The position numbers and the translations under genes are program-made. A stretch of 58,661 nucleotides of DNA from an uncultured virus (IMG/VR IMGVR_UViG_3300042861_002374). Lineage: Varidnaviria; Bamfordvirae. The notes beneath the pieces were generated by a model that saw only the letters and a list, made by a program, of their open reading frames with translations, searched no databases and was not told the DNA's origin. Where the stretch lies: the IMG/VR virus record IMGVR_UViG_3300042861_002374; one strand, written 5' to 3'. Below, piece by piece: positions 20,179-31,614 of this stretch; positions within the stretch are counted from its first letter, which is position 1; each line of letters begins with the position of its first letter.

Positions 20179-23100
20179 ATGGTGCAGATCAATGGAACTT
20201 CTAAATTTGTTGTTTACGAATTAGATACACAAAAGAGTGCTATTAGTCGTTTAGCGGCACAAATGAAAACGATACCTAAATATTTATACTTTCCTGATGG
20301 GGTTCCTGATATAGATAAATTTCGTGAAAAAGATGCAAATATAAAAGTAGAGAATCTTTTAAAAATTATTATAAGCAATAAATTTGGTATAGATTTTATA
20401 AAACTATTTGAAACTGTGAATGAAAAACTTTCACAACAAAAACTTGATTTAAAACAAGATGTTTTTCTACCCTTTATAGTATTTAATAATTCTTTTACAG
20501 ATACAGATTCGTCTCACATTTTTTTGAGCATAAGCAATGAAATAACAGATGCAAAAATATTTGAGAAAGATAACCAGGCTCTTTTTAAATATATAGTTAA
20601 AGAATGGGAAATAAAAAATCGTAATAAAACAATTAAAGATATTTCAGACCTTGTTGCAAGTAATATTAAAGAATCAAATGCTGAAAAAATTATGTTTGAT
20701 GAATTTGAGGCAATAGATACCGGTATTAATTATACAAAATTTCAACTAGAAAGTGTTGATTTTACATTTGTTCTTGACCTAAAAGATGTTACTATCATGG
20801 AATTGTTTAACAATCTACATCTCAATTCAAATATGCCTTTTGCTTGTATTAATAGCTTTTTCAAGATTCTAAAAGGCTTTATTCCGCCAGAAGGATGGCG
20901 AATTTATCTTCCATATGCTATTATTTTTAGAATTTTACAAAAAAAAGAAATTGTTGGAGTAAAACCAGACGATTATACAAAAGGAACACTTTATATTACA
21001 GAAGAGAATGAAATTAAAACTATAACAGTATCTATGTCTTTATTAACTTCTGGCCACTACTTATCTCGCGAAGCTCTTATTGATAGATTTATTAGTAGCA
21101 TTAAAGGATTAGGAAACATTGAAGTTAACAGTATAAATGACACTAGAGTTAACGGAGTATTTTATTTTACAAACCACAATATGAACAAATATGTATTTTA
21201 TGAACTTATTATGAATAATCCTTTATTTTCTTCTTTATTATCGATTGACGAGAGCGATAAAGCAAGTACAAAAAAGGGAAGTGTGTATATCCACTTCTAT
21301 AATTCTGAAATAGGAAAATTAACAGCAAATATAACAGAAAAAATATCTGAAAGAAATGATCCTGATTTACGAGGTAAAGATAAAGGTGTATTTAAAATAG
21401 GTACACCATATATTCGTGTTAAAATTGTATCTGCTGATAATATAAAATCTGTAGAAGCTTTCCAGTTACTTCTAAGTAAATTAATGGTATTATATGACAA
21501 AAAATACAAAGATATTGTAGATTTTTATAAGATATATATTCCTGATTTTGCAGATAATAAAATTAAAAACGCAAAAGATCCAAATAAAAAAGCTGAAACT
21601 CTTAAAGATATTGAACCTGATGTATTTGTAACAGGATATCCTCAAAGATGTCCGTATGAACCTACTATTATAGCAGACGATAATTATACAAGTCTAGAAG
21701 AAGCTAAAAAAGATGGTAAAATTATAATGAGATACCCAAAAGAAGGAGACACTTTTCAACAACGTAATTATATTTGTAATTATGAAGACTATAAATATCC
21801 TGGCTTACGTAGTAATCCTTTGAAAAATCGTGATAAAATTCCTTATCTGCCATGTTGTTATAAGAAAAATCATGCGACAGATGAAGGAAATATTTATAGA
21901 CACTATTACTTTGGAGAACAATTAAAAGACAAGGCAAAAACAAGTCAACAGGGATTAATAGTTACGAATAAATTTGTTACAAAAGATACATACGGAACAT
22001 TGCCTGATAATATAGAAAAATTGTTTAAAATTTTTGATTTTCAAGAAAACGAAGAGTATATGTATGTTAGAAAGGGTGTTCTTGATACTAAAAGCTCTTT
22101 TCTAGAATGTGTAATGGAAGGTATGCACGAAGAGAGTGGAATATTAGATTATGAAGATAATGATGAAAGAGAAGATTATCTATATCAAGTAAGAAAAAAC
22201 CTTGCAACCGCTTCTTTAGCAGCAACATGCAGACAAGAAATGTATGATTATAGTACAGATAAAATTATCAGAGATATAAGTGATCCAGAAGTATATATGT
22301 CACCTAATCTCTTCACGTCTCTTTTAGAACAATATTTTAATTGTAATATTTTTGTTTTTAATCGAACAAATAACCGTAATGGTGAACTGAGTATTCCGCG
22401 TCATTTACAAGCATATTATAAAAATAAAAGAAAGACTAACTGTATTTTCATATATGAACATATGGGTAGCGCGGCTGATGATGAAAAATACACTCCAGGT
22501 TCACACTGTGAATTAATTGTAAAATGGAAAATTGATAGCAGTAAACAAGAAGATTTAAGTTACTCATATCCATATGACTCAAAAGTTTCACAAGGGGTTA
22601 TAGGTATATTTAATCGTATGACTAAAGCATACTCACTTAATATTGAAATCACAGAAACGGAATTTCCTATTAAAATTAAGTTTTTTGAACAAGGCATAGA
22701 TTCTTACGGTAAATGTCGCATGTTAAGGTTTAAATATAATGGAGCTATTGGAACACTACTAACTGATCCAATGCAACCACTTTCTGTACCAGAAGTAAAG
22801 GAATGGGTAGCTACAAAAATATCAAAGGATTTGGCAAAACAATTTTTTGTACAATATTTAAACGGTAATATAACTAGTCAAACAATTTTACGTACCAAAG
22901 TTAAAGAAATTTACGGTAAAATTGGAACTGTAAATATATCAATACCAATTGAAGATAATGAACCTATTGATGGGATATCATATACAGATAAATGTATAAG
23001 CTACCCTGAAAATCAAACGTCTGTAATAGATAATCATAATAAATACAGAAAATTAGCTCGGTATATTGTAGAATATATGTTTTGGTTGTTCTCTAATTAC

Positions 23101-23790
23101 ATACAAGAAGATATTACACGAACAATGGATTCAACTACAATTAAAAAGTTTGTGGAAGATAAAATCAAGATAGATGAAGATTTTGATTATAAACATGTTG
23201 GTAAAATTTTTAGAAATGATAGTGGTGTAATGGATGATAATAAGCTAGTTATAAAATCAATGGAAACTCTCAAACGTTTGGTTTATACACTCAGACTAGC
23301 TATAGTGCGTTCAGCTGAAAATATACAAAATTACTATAAGAAACAAGCGATTGAAAGTTATTATGTTGATGTCACAGATTTTGATCATCATCCGATGCAA
23401 ATAATATTACACGGTGATGAATCAGTAGACAAGTGGATTCAAGAACAAAAAATTAAGTATATAGTTAATCATTCAGTACAGCTTGGTGTGCAAAATCCAT
23501 ATTTTTTTCAGAACTCTTTGATAGATAACCAGATATATTTAGCGCAAAATACTGATACTCTGCAAAAAGCTAGAGAAGTAGGTGAAACTTGGATGAAATC
23601 CGGGTTTAATATACAACATAACGCTGTTGGTTCTGCCAAACCATTTAAATTTAAACTTTACAGTTATATTAACTCTAAAAATATTGTTTTGCACAATATT
23701 AAAGGTATGTCTACTCCGTATGATATTAGCATATTAGGATATAAAGTAGAGGGGGTTTCTTTTTTTACTGTTTTATTGAGGTTAGTTTAA
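20179..23790 (+). CDS. Early transcription factor large subunit (VETF-L-like)
   Basis: 1203 aa; GYPQRC...YICN..YKYPGL..N....PYLPCCYKK Cys cluster, YVRKGV..SFLECV. Confidence 0.8.
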   Translation: MVQINGTSKFVVYELDTQKSAISRLAAQMKTIPKYLYFPDGVPDIDKFREKDANIKVENLLKIIISNKFGIDFIKLFETVNEKLSQQKLDLKQDVFLPFIVFNNSFTDTDSSHIFLSISNEITDAKIFEKDNQALFKYIVKEWEIKNRNKTIKDISDLVASNIKESNAEKIMFDEFEAIDTGINYTKFQLESVDFTFVLDLKDVTIMELFNNLHLNSNMPFACINSFFKILKGFIPPEGWRIYLPYAIIFRILQKKEIVGVKPDDYTKGTLYITEENEIKTITVSMSLLTSGHYLSREALIDRFISSIKGLGNIEVNSINDTRVNGVFYFTNHNMNKYVFYELIMNNPLFSSLLSIDESDKASTKKGSVYIHFYNSEIGKLTANITEKISERNDPDLRGKDKGVFKIGTPYIRVKIVSADNIKSVEAFQLLLSKLMVLYDKKYKDIVDFYKIYIPDFADNKIKNAKDPNKKAETLKDIEPDVFVTGYPQRCPYEPTIIADDNYTSLEEAKKDGKIIMRYPKEGDTFQQRNYICNYEDYKYPGLRSNPLKNRDKIPYLPCCYKKNHATDEGNIYRHYYFGEQLKDKAKTSQQGLIVTNKFVTKDTYGTLPDNIEKLFKIFDFQENEEYMYVRKGVLDTKSSFLECVMEGMHEESGILDYEDNDEREDYLYQVRKNLATASLAATCRQEMYDYSTDKIIRDISDPEVYMSPNLFTSLLEQYFNCNIFVFNRTNNRNGELSIPRHLQAYYKNKRKTNCIFIYEHMGSAADDEKYTPGSHCELIVKWKIDSSKQEDLSYSYPYDSKVSQGVIGIFNRMTKAYSLNIEITETEFPIKIKFFEQGIDSYGKCRMLRFKYNGAIGTLLTDPMQPLSVPEVKEWVATKISKDLAKQFFVQYLNGNITSQTILRTKVKEIYGKIGTVNISIPIEDNEPIDGISYTDKCISYPENQTSVIDNHNKYRKLARYIVEYMFWLFSNYIQEDITRTMDSTTIKKFVEDKIKIDEDFDYKHVGKIFRNDSGVMDDNKLVIKSMETLKRLVYTLRLAIVRSAENIQNYYKKQAIESYYVDVTDFDHHPMQIILHGDESVDKWIQEQKIKYIVNHSVQLGVQNPYFFQNSLIDNQIYLAQNTDTLQKAREVGETWMKSGFNIQHNAVGSAKPFKFKLYSYINSKNIVLHNIKGMSTPYDISILGYKVEGVSFFTVLLRLV

Positions 23791-23822
23791 TAATTATTTA
23801 AAGTAATTATTTTACTTCTAAA

Positions 23823-24698
23823 ATGACTAGTTTTTTAACTGTTGTAAACTTACCAACAGATGGATTTGGATCTTTAATGGAATATATATTAGGAGCAATT
23901 TTTTTTTGTGATAAATACGGTATTAAATATATACATACTGATTTGAAAATTTTGGAACATAATAATGATTTGCCGAATGATGTATGGTTGGCATTATGGA
24001 ATGATCGTATACAAAAAATTTTTCTTCCTGACGTAAAAAATATTTTAGAATTTAAGGGAAATATTCAGGATATAAATCAGCTAGAATATGTTTCAGAATT
24101 TAATACTTTATTTAGACTTACTAACCCATCAATATTAAAATGGATTTTTGATCAAGAGGTGAACCAAAATAAAATTCTAAGACACAGCATAATTAGTAAT
24201 TTTATAAATAAGACTAAGGATGATATTAAAGATTTTAAACCTAATACAATTAATATAGCTGTACATATACGTAAATTTATGAAAACAGATTGTGACACAG
24301 GTGTTTGGAGAGAGTATTATGAAAAAAATAACCACGTCGATATCTTTTTTCAAAATGTAATTAAAAATTTACTAACTATACTCCCAAATGCTTTTGTTCA
24401 TATTTATTCACAGGAGGAAAAAGAGATATTTAACCATTTTTTAGATATATCTCCTAATATATGTGTTTATACTAGTAATACTCTTATGCATGACTTAGTA
24501 CATCTCTCACATGCGGATATTTTAGTGATGTCTAAAGGTTCTTATTCACGTTTAGCTAATTTTTATTCAAGAGGAGTAAAAATTATAAGAGAAAGGTCAG
24601 ATCCAACACTAACAGATAAAACTCTATATATATCATCGAGCGGAGCTTTAACACATGATCAGGAATCTTTTATATTATCTAAAAGTAGTGTAATCTAA
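23823..24698 (+). CDS. Fucosyltransferase-like (GT11/GT23 fold) glycosyltransferase
   Basis: DGFGS, IAVHIR, DLVHLSHADILVMSKGSYS. Confidence 0.65.
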   Translation: MTSFLTVVNLPTDGFGSLMEYILGAIFFCDKYGIKYIHTDLKILEHNNDLPNDVWLALWNDRIQKIFLPDVKNILEFKGNIQDINQLEYVSEFNTLFRLTNPSILKWIFDQEVNQNKILRHSIISNFINKTKDDIKDFKPNTINIAVHIRKFMKTDCDTGVWREYYEKNNHVDIFFQNVIKNLLTILPNAFVHIYSQEEKEIFNHFLDISPNICVYTSNTLMHDLVHLSHADILVMSKGSYSRLANFYSRGVKIIRERSDPTLTDKTLYISSSGALTHDQESFILSKSSVI

Positions 24699-25460
24699 AG
24701 TTTTTAACAATTCATCTGAAAATCTAGTATTTACATAAGTAGGGTCTCCTTCAGATGTTAATCCAAGACCTGCTACATTTGAAGGAATAAGTTTGAAACC
24801 GTTATTAATCATATATGTATTAATATCATCAAAAGTATGTCCACTATCTTCTTTATCACAAAAATATTGAAATCTTTCATGTCCAACTTCTATTGTTATA
24901 TATACAATTTTTTCTATATAATTTTCCATACTTTTAATTACCCGAAAATCATTTCCTTGAGTGTCTATTTTAATATGTTCAATATAAGGATATTTATCCC
25001 ATGGAAAATACTGAAAGAATGTTTTTAGTTGAAAACACTGGACTTCATAAGAAGACCCAATCCATTTTTCATCAACAGGTTTATATAAACTAGAACATCC
25101 TACATCATTTACAGTATTATAAAATGTAAGCCTGTTTTCTTCTATATCTACAGCACAAGGAATTAATGAAAATTTTTCTCCGAATGGCAAATCTACAAAC
25201 TGTTCACCCTTATAATTACTTGTTAATGCAGATTTTATTGAATCTTTATTAGGCTCAAAACCAAATACAAATCTATTTTCTAAATATTTTATCCAATGTC
25301 TAGAATTTGGAGCATTGTATGATAAACCAATATCAATTTTAACATGCGTAATATTAGTTGGTATTTTTAGTTTATTAGATGTTGTATCGTACATTGATAC
25401 TAAGTTCATTAATTTTATTTCATCTGGGTAATTAAATTCATTTATTTGATTTGTTGACAT
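24675..25460 (-). CDS. FkbM-family methyltransferase
   Basis: IDIG, FGFEPN, GCSSL, IKIDTQGND. Confidence 0.85.
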   Translation of the reverse strand: MSTNQINEFNYPDEIKLMNLVSMYDTTSNKLKIPTNITHVKIDIGLSYNAPNSRHWIKYLENRFVFGFEPNKDSIKSALTSNYKGEQFVDLPFGEKFSLIPCAVDIEENRLTFYNTVNDVGCSSLYKPVDEKWIGSSYEVQCFQLKTFFQYFPWDKYPYIEHIKIDTQGNDFRVIKSMENYIEKIVYITIEVGHERFQYFCDKEDSGHTFDDINTYMINNGFKLIPSNVAGLGLTSEGDPTYVNTRFSDELLKTLDYTTFR

Positions 25461-25491
25461 TTTAAATATAAAAAAGAATCTTTAAATGATG

Positions 25492-26397
25492 TTAAAATAA
25501 TACATCTGAGGACAGTCTAATCCAAGATGTGGGTATTAAATCTTTTTCTTGTTCACATAATGGTTTTTTACAATCTAATCTACTTATAAACCATTTATCT
25601 GGGGTTATAATTATTTTATCTTTGCTCTTAGATAACCAAGCAGCCCACCAAGAATAAGACGAAGAACCTATAATAAAATGATCGCATAAAGACATAACAT
25701 ATAATTCTTCTAGATCAGAAAGTCCATCAACAATCGATTGCGATACAGCATTCTTTGGACAAGAGTTATTTGTGTAATTTAAATTATCTCTGCACCATTG
25801 TTTGTCATCAGAAAAAATTAGAATATGAAAATTTTTAACATTATTGTTGTGTAAATGATTGATAGCATTAACTCTGAATGTCTCGTTAACTAAGATAGTA
25901 GGTGTACCGGGGCCGAGATTATCTCCTCTTCTAACATGTAATGCGACTAGTGTTTTAGTATTATCAAACTGTTTCATAAAACTATCACCAACTGTCCTTA
26001 TATTTTCTTTAAAAGTAAAATCATTCCTAATAATATCTTGATATTTTTTAAAATATTTTTCTGCCTGAAAATAGCCATCAAACATAATGTTTCCTGTTAA
26101 ATTTTTTGAGTAAAAATTTTCATCATATAAGATTGAGTTTTCAGTTATTGTTACATAAGGAGTATTAAGGTGAGACCTATTTACATGAGGCATATCAAAA
26201 CAGTCAAAAAATTGAGATGATTTATATCCAAAAGGAGAAATATTTATAGGTAAATTTATTTTAAATCCTTTTTCAATAGATATGGCTCTCAAATAAGCAT
26301 ATTGAAACATCTGGTTTCCTAGACGAGCCCATGTGCCAAAATTTTCTATAGAAATTGAAGATGGATTATAAGATATAGAATTCGTTTTTGTTTCCAT
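25492..26397 (-). CDS. GT11 alpha-1,2-fucosyltransferase-like
   Basis: RLGNQMFQYA, GYFQ, LHVRRGD, FSDD, SSYSWWAAWL. Confidence 0.93.
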   Translation of the reverse strand: METKTNSISYNPSSISIENFGTWARLGNQMFQYAYLRAISIEKGFKINLPINISPFGYKSSQFFDCFDMPHVNRSHLNTPYVTITENSILYDENFYSKNLTGNIMFDGYFQAEKYFKKYQDIIRNDFTFKENIRTVGDSFMKQFDNTKTLVALHVRRGDNLGPGTPTILVNETFRVNAINHLHNNNVKNFHILIFSDDKQWCRDNLNYTNNSCPKNAVSQSIVDGLSDLEELYVMSLCDHFIIGSSSYSWWAAWLSKSKDKIIITPDKWFISRLDCKKPLCEQEKDLIPTSWIRLSSDVLF

Positions 26398-26484
26398 TAT
26401 ATTAAATGTTAATATATAATGTTTAAGTCAATAAAATCAAAATGAATTAATATTAAAGAAATACATTTTAATATTAAATAAACA

Positions 26485-29400
26485 ATGCCTCCAAAGACTG
26501 TTATTGTTGATAAAAAACGTTATCAGAAAAAAGATCAAATTGAACATATTCTCCTTAGACCTGATATGTATGTTGGATCGACACGTCCGCGTAGTATTAC
26601 AGAATTTGTAGCCGATAAAACAAATGATGGTTGGAGAATTTATCAAAAAGAAATTTCTACATCTCCCGCTATTTTACGTATATTTGTCGAAGCACTTTCA
26701 AATGCAATCGATAATGTTGAAAGAAGCCGTAAAACTAAAACACCATGTACAATAATTAAAGTAAATATTAATGCATTAACTGGAGAAACTTCTATCTGGA
26801 ATGACGGAGATGTTGTGCCTATCGAAAAAGATTCAGAACAAGATTGCTACAATCATAGTATGATCTTTGGGCAACTTTTAACGGGTTCAAATTATGAAGA
26901 TGAAGAAGAACGTGTTGTATCTGGTCGTAATGGTCTTGGTATTAAGTTGACAAATGTTTTTTCAACAAAATTTACAGTAAAAGGTTTTGACCCAAAAGCA
27001 AAGAAAACACTTTCTCAAACATGGACTAGAAATATGAGAGATACATCTGGTCCAGAAATTATCAAAGAAACAAATGGTAAACTAGGTTATACAGAAGTAT
27101 CTTGGATTCCTGATTTTGAACACTTTGCTTTAAAGAAAGGTTATACAGAAGATATCATTCGTTTGTACTCCAGGTACATTATCGATGCGTCGATGTTGTC
27201 TAAAGTAGAAGTATATTTTAACGATGAACTTATTCCAATAAAGACTCTTGCTAAATACTCTGTACTTTATGATACTCCGACAGAGGAGTCTCTTCTAATT
27301 AAGATAAAAGATGCAGAAGTTTTGATTACGCCATCAAAAGAATATCAAACAATTTCTTTTGTTAATGGTGTATACACTCGTTTAGGAGGGCAGCATGTAG
27401 ACTCTTGGGCAGAAGCATTATTTAGACCAATTGTAGACAAATTTAACGGAAATAGTGCGAAGAGTAAAACACCTAAAATTAATATTACTGATGTTCGTCA
27501 GTTCTTTCGGTTATTTGTCGTATCTACAGTTGTTAGACCAGAGTTTGATGGACAAGACAAGAATAAGCTGGAATCTCCAGCTGTAGAAGCTGTTGTTAAG
27601 AAAACACATATTGCTGAAATTTGCAAATGGTCGATTATGGATAATATTGAAGATATTATTCGTGCAAAAGAATTAGTAGTGCTTAAGAAAGCCGAAAAAG
27701 TATCAAAAAAGACAAAGATTGAAGGGTACGATAGAGCAAACAAGTCAGGTACTAAAGACAGTATAAATTGTACTCTTTTTATCACAGAAGGTCTTTCAGC
27801 AAAGACATATGTAGTAGCAGGAATTGAAGAAGGTCTATATGGAAGATCTGGTCGTGACTGGAACGGTATTTTACCGGTACGAGGAAAGTTGCTTAACGTT
27901 AGAGATAAGCCAGCTTCAACTATTTCTGCAAACAAAGTTATTTGTTCATTAATACACTCTCTTGAGTTGAAATTAGGTGTAGATTATAAAGATGAAAGTA
28001 ATTTTAAGAAACTTGCATATGGGAGAATATCAGTAGTTGCAGATGCAGATGTAGATGGTCTACATATTGAAGCTTTAATCTTAAACTTCTTCCATTCTCT
28101 CTATCCTACTCTTTTGCAGAGAGATCAGCCCTTTATAGTTAGTATGAAAACACCAATCGCTCGTGTAATAAAAAAGACTGGTGATTTGTTATTTTATGAT
28201 GAACGCAGATTTCATAAGTTTCTCGGTGAACAAACTAGCAAATTAAATGTCAAGTATTATAAGGGACTTGGTACTACAAAAGCGGAAGATGTGCCCGATA
28301 CTTTTGGTTTGAAAATGGTAGAATTTGTCAATGATGATCAATCTTTAGCAAGTATGGTAAAAGCATTTCACAAGAAAAGTGCAGATACCCGAAAAATTTG
28401 GCTTGAACAATATAATCCAGAAGCGTATACTTTTTCTCTTGATGATCAAGGAAAGACAACTTCAATGAGTATTACAAATTTTATCAATGGAGAACTTATC
28501 AAATTCTCACACGCTGATTGTGCTAGAAGCATTCCAAATGGAATTGATGGTTTGAAAGAATCACAACGAAAAATTCTATACGCTGTAAAGAAAAGAAATT
28601 TGAAGTACTCTGCAAAATCTCTCAAGGTAGCACAGCTGGCTGGTTATACAGCTGAACATTCTGATTATCACCATGGTGAGAATAATCTGCTTGAAACTAT
28701 TATTGGTATGGCACAAGAATTTCCAGGTTCAAATAATATACCTCTTTTGTATCGTGACGGTATGTTTGGGACGAGGCTCGAAGGGGGGTCTGACTCGGCA
28801 AATGGTAGGTATATTTTTACAAAGATGGATGCATTAACAGAACTTATTTTTAGAGAAGAAGACGAAGCTATTTTAACATATATGCGAGATGACGGTGGTA
28901 ATTTTATTGAGCCAGAATTTTACGTTCCTATTATTCCAATGATGTTGATTAATGGATGTTCAGCTGGAATAGGAACAGGTTTCTCATGTAAAGTGCCTTT
29001 ATACAATCCTCTTGATATGGTGGAAGCTATTAAAATTTACTTAGAAAATGATGGTGAAGTTTTAGTGTCTGATCCTGATGATCCAAAAAATATTGTTAGC
29101 ATGTTTCCTGAATTCAAACCTTGGTATCGTGGATTTATAGGAGAGATAGAGAAGAATGGAGAAAATAGGTTTATTTCATATGGAATTGTTGAGGAAGGAA
29201 AGAAGGGTACTATTGAAGTTAAAGAATTACCTGTTTCTTTGTGGACTTCTAATTTTGCAGAATTTTGTGAAGATTTAAAAGCAGATAAGAAACTCAAGTC
29301 TGTATCAAATTATTCGTCTACAAAGAACGTTCATTTTGTACTCACAGAAGGAGATGATTTTACATGCGATTTGGGCAGTTTAAAACTACACAGTTATCTT

Positions 29401-29934
29401 TACACATCCAATATGGTAATGTTCAATGAAAAATTACAGATAAAGAAACATGACACCGTAGACTCAATTTTAGACAATTTTTGTAGAGTTCGGTTTGACT
29501 ATTATGTAAAGAGAAAACGACACCAGCTTGACGCATTAGAAAAAGAGATTAGATATCTTGGAAATAAAGAAAGATTTGTATCAGAAGTTGTAAGTAAGAC
29601 TATATCTATTATGAATGAGAAAGAAAGTGATATAATTGATGCGTTAAAAAAGAGAGGTTATGATGAGGATCCAAAAAAGACTGAAGATGAAGGAGGTTAT
29701 GATTATCTTCTTAGAATGCAAGTTAGAACCTTTACTACCGATAAGATTAAACAACTTAATAATGATATCATGTCTTTGAAAGAAAAATTGGATAAGTTAA
29801 AATCCAACAGCGAAAAAGATATATGGCTTGAAGAACTTAAACAATTTGAAAATGCGTACAAGAGGTGGCTTCAAGAAATTGAACAAGAAGAAGCAGTTGC
29901 AAAAAAACGCAGGTCAACAAAGACAAAAAAATAA
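26485..29934 (+). CDS. top2: DNA topoisomerase II
   Basis: EHILLRPDMYVGS, GRNGLG, TEGLSA, PVRGK, DADVDG, YYKGLG, DGLK, YHHGE, RY. Confidence 0.98.
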   Translation: MPPKTVIVDKKRYQKKDQIEHILLRPDMYVGSTRPRSITEFVADKTNDGWRIYQKEISTSPAILRIFVEALSNAIDNVERSRKTKTPCTIIKVNINALTGETSIWNDGDVVPIEKDSEQDCYNHSMIFGQLLTGSNYEDEEERVVSGRNGLGIKLTNVFSTKFTVKGFDPKAKKTLSQTWTRNMRDTSGPEIIKETNGKLGYTEVSWIPDFEHFALKKGYTEDIIRLYSRYIIDASMLSKVEVYFNDELIPIKTLAKYSVLYDTPTEESLLIKIKDAEVLITPSKEYQTISFVNGVYTRLGGQHVDSWAEALFRPIVDKFNGNSAKSKTPKINITDVRQFFRLFVVSTVVRPEFDGQDKNKLESPAVEAVVKKTHIAEICKWSIMDNIEDIIRAKELVVLKKAEKVSKKTKIEGYDRANKSGTKDSINCTLFITEGLSAKTYVVAGIEEGLYGRSGRDWNGILPVRGKLLNVRDKPASTISANKVICSLIHSLELKLGVDYKDESNFKKLAYGRISVVADADVDGLHIEALILNFFHSLYPTLLQRDQPFIVSMKTPIARVIKKTGDLLFYDERRFHKFLGEQTSKLNVKYYKGLGTTKAEDVPDTFGLKMVEFVNDDQSLASMVKAFHKKSADTRKIWLEQYNPEAYTFSLDDQGKTTSMSITNFINGELIKFSHADCARSIPNGIDGLKESQRKILYAVKKRNLKYSAKSLKVAQLAGYTAEHSDYHHGENNLLETIIGMAQEFPGSNNIPLLYRDGMFGTRLEGGSDSANGRYIFTKMDALTELIFREEDEAILTYMRDDGGNFIEPEFYVPIIPMMLINGCSAGIGTGFSCKVPLYNPLDMVEAIKIYLENDGEVLVSDPDDPKNIVSMFPEFKPWYRGFIGEIEKNGENRFISYGIVEEGKKGTIEVKELPVSLWTSNFAEFCEDLKADKKLKSVSNYSSTKNVHFVLTEGDDFTCDLGSLKLHSYLYTSNMVMFNEKLQIKKHDTVDSILDNFCRVRFDYYVKRKRHQLDALEKEIRYLGNKERFVSEVVSKTISIMNEKESDIIDALKKRGYDEDPKKTEDEGGYDYLLRMQVRTFTTDKIKQLNNDIMSLKEKLDKLKSNSEKDIWLEELKQFENAYKRWLQEIEQEEAVAKKRRSTKTKK

Positions 29935-29973
29935 AAGTGAAATAATCAACTTTGTTATATAATTACTGATAAA

Positions 29974-30330
29974 ATGAAGTGTTCTATATGTTTCGAAAGT
30001 TTTTCTAAGAGGAGAAGATTTGGAAAAATGTACGAACACATGAAGAATTTGAAAAATGATAAGTTTAGTTATTACACCTCTTCGTAATCATACTTATTCA
30101 TTTCCAACTCAAAATTGTAATTATTTAATTTGCTTTGATTGTTTTAATAAGATAACTGGTGGTAATAACAACGATTATTTACCAAAGGTAGGTGATTTTT
30201 TATATGTCTTTTTTGTAGACAAATTGATTATAAAAGTATTTTTGAGAATAATGTTCTTAACGAATTACAGGAAAAAGTTTTAGGATTTGAAACTTTTACA
30301 GAAATCTACGCTAAAAAATGTTTAAATATC
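29974..30330 (+). pseudogene. Frameshifted RING-like gene relic
   Basis: MKCSICFES stops early; another frame carries PTQNCNYLICFDCF. Confidence 0.4.
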
Positions 30331-30624
30331 TAATAATTATACTCTTATTTGAATCTTGTAATAATACTCACAAAGTATTATTATAGACTTTTTGAAAAAT
30401 AAAATTGTTATTTTCATTCTTTTTACTGAAATATAAAAATAATGAATCAATAAATTAATAATTTTTGTGATAGTGTAAATACTTCAAAGCCGAATAAAGA
30501 AACTCATAAACAAAATGAACAAACTCTCAAAAATGCTAGGCAAAAATCTATATAAAATAAATCAAGGATATAAAACTTTATATAATTCCAATTCATATTT
30601 AAACTTATTAAAATTTAATATAAA

Positions 30625-31614
30625 ATGACAAAAACAATTATAGTAACAGGAGGATGTGGATTTATTGGACATCATTTTGTTGAACACATTTTAAAAAATA
30701 CAGAATGGAATATTATTATTATAGATAAACTAACATATGCTAGTAAAGGATTCGATAGATTAAAGGACGCATGTATTTTTAACAATGAAAAGGTTCGTAT
30801 ATTTACATATGATCTTGTAATTCCTTTTTCTGAAGGATTAATAAAAGAATTTGGAGATGTTAATTATATAATTCACATGGCAGCGGATACACATGTTGAT
30901 AATAGCATTAAAAATCCTGTTGAAATAATTCATAATAATATTACAAGTACTGTTAATTTGTTAGAATATGCACGTTCCTTAAATACCTTAGAATTGTTTT
31001 TTTATTTTAGTACAGATGAAGTATTTGGCGCAGCTCCAAACGGAATATCTTTTGCTGAATGGGATAGACATAAACCTACAAATCCATATTCAGCTTCTAA
31101 ATCAGCAGCAGAAAATATATGTATTTCATATGAAAATACTTACAAATTACCTATAGTAATTGTTAATGTAATGAATGCATTTGGAGAGCGACAACATGTT
31201 GAAAAATTTATTCCTAAATGCATTAAATATATATTAGAAGGTAAAAAAATAGAAATTCATTCTGATAAAACAGCCACAATACCGGGAAGTAGATTTTATA
31301 TTCATGCTAGGAATATTGCACAAGCAGTAATGTTTTTAATTAATAATGGAGTACCAGGTGAAAAATACAATATTGTAGGTGAAAAAGAAGTTAATAATTT
31401 AGAAATGGCAAAGTTTATTTCAAAAGTAATTGGTAAGGAACTTATATATAAAATGATTAATTTTCATGAAGATAGACCTGGACATGATGAAAGATATGCG
31501 TTAAATGGGAAAAAATTGTTAGATATGGGTTTTAATTTACCATTAGATTTCGAAAAAAGTCTAGAAAAAACTATTAAATGGACACTAGAAAATATGATTT
31601 GGCTAGAATATTAA
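30625..31614 (+). CDS. rmlB: NDP-glucose 4,6-dehydratase (RmlB-like)
   Basis: TGGCGFIG, DKLTYA, HMAADTHVDNSI, STDEV, PYSASK, RPGHD.RY. Confidence 0.93.
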   Translation: MTKTIIVTGGCGFIGHHFVEHILKNTEWNIIIIDKLTYASKGFDRLKDACIFNNEKVRIFTYDLVIPFSEGLIKEFGDVNYIIHMAADTHVDNSIKNPVEIIHNNITSTVNLLEYARSLNTLELFFYFSTDEVFGAAPNGISFAEWDRHKPTNPYSASKSAAENICISYENTYKLPIVIVNVMNAFGERQHVEKFIPKCIKYILEGKKIEIHSDKTATIPGSRFYIHARNIAQAVMFLINNGVPGEKYNIVGEKEVNNLEMAKFISKVIGKELIYKMINFHEDRPGHDERYALNGKKLLDMGFNLPLDFEKSLEKTIKWTLENMIWLEY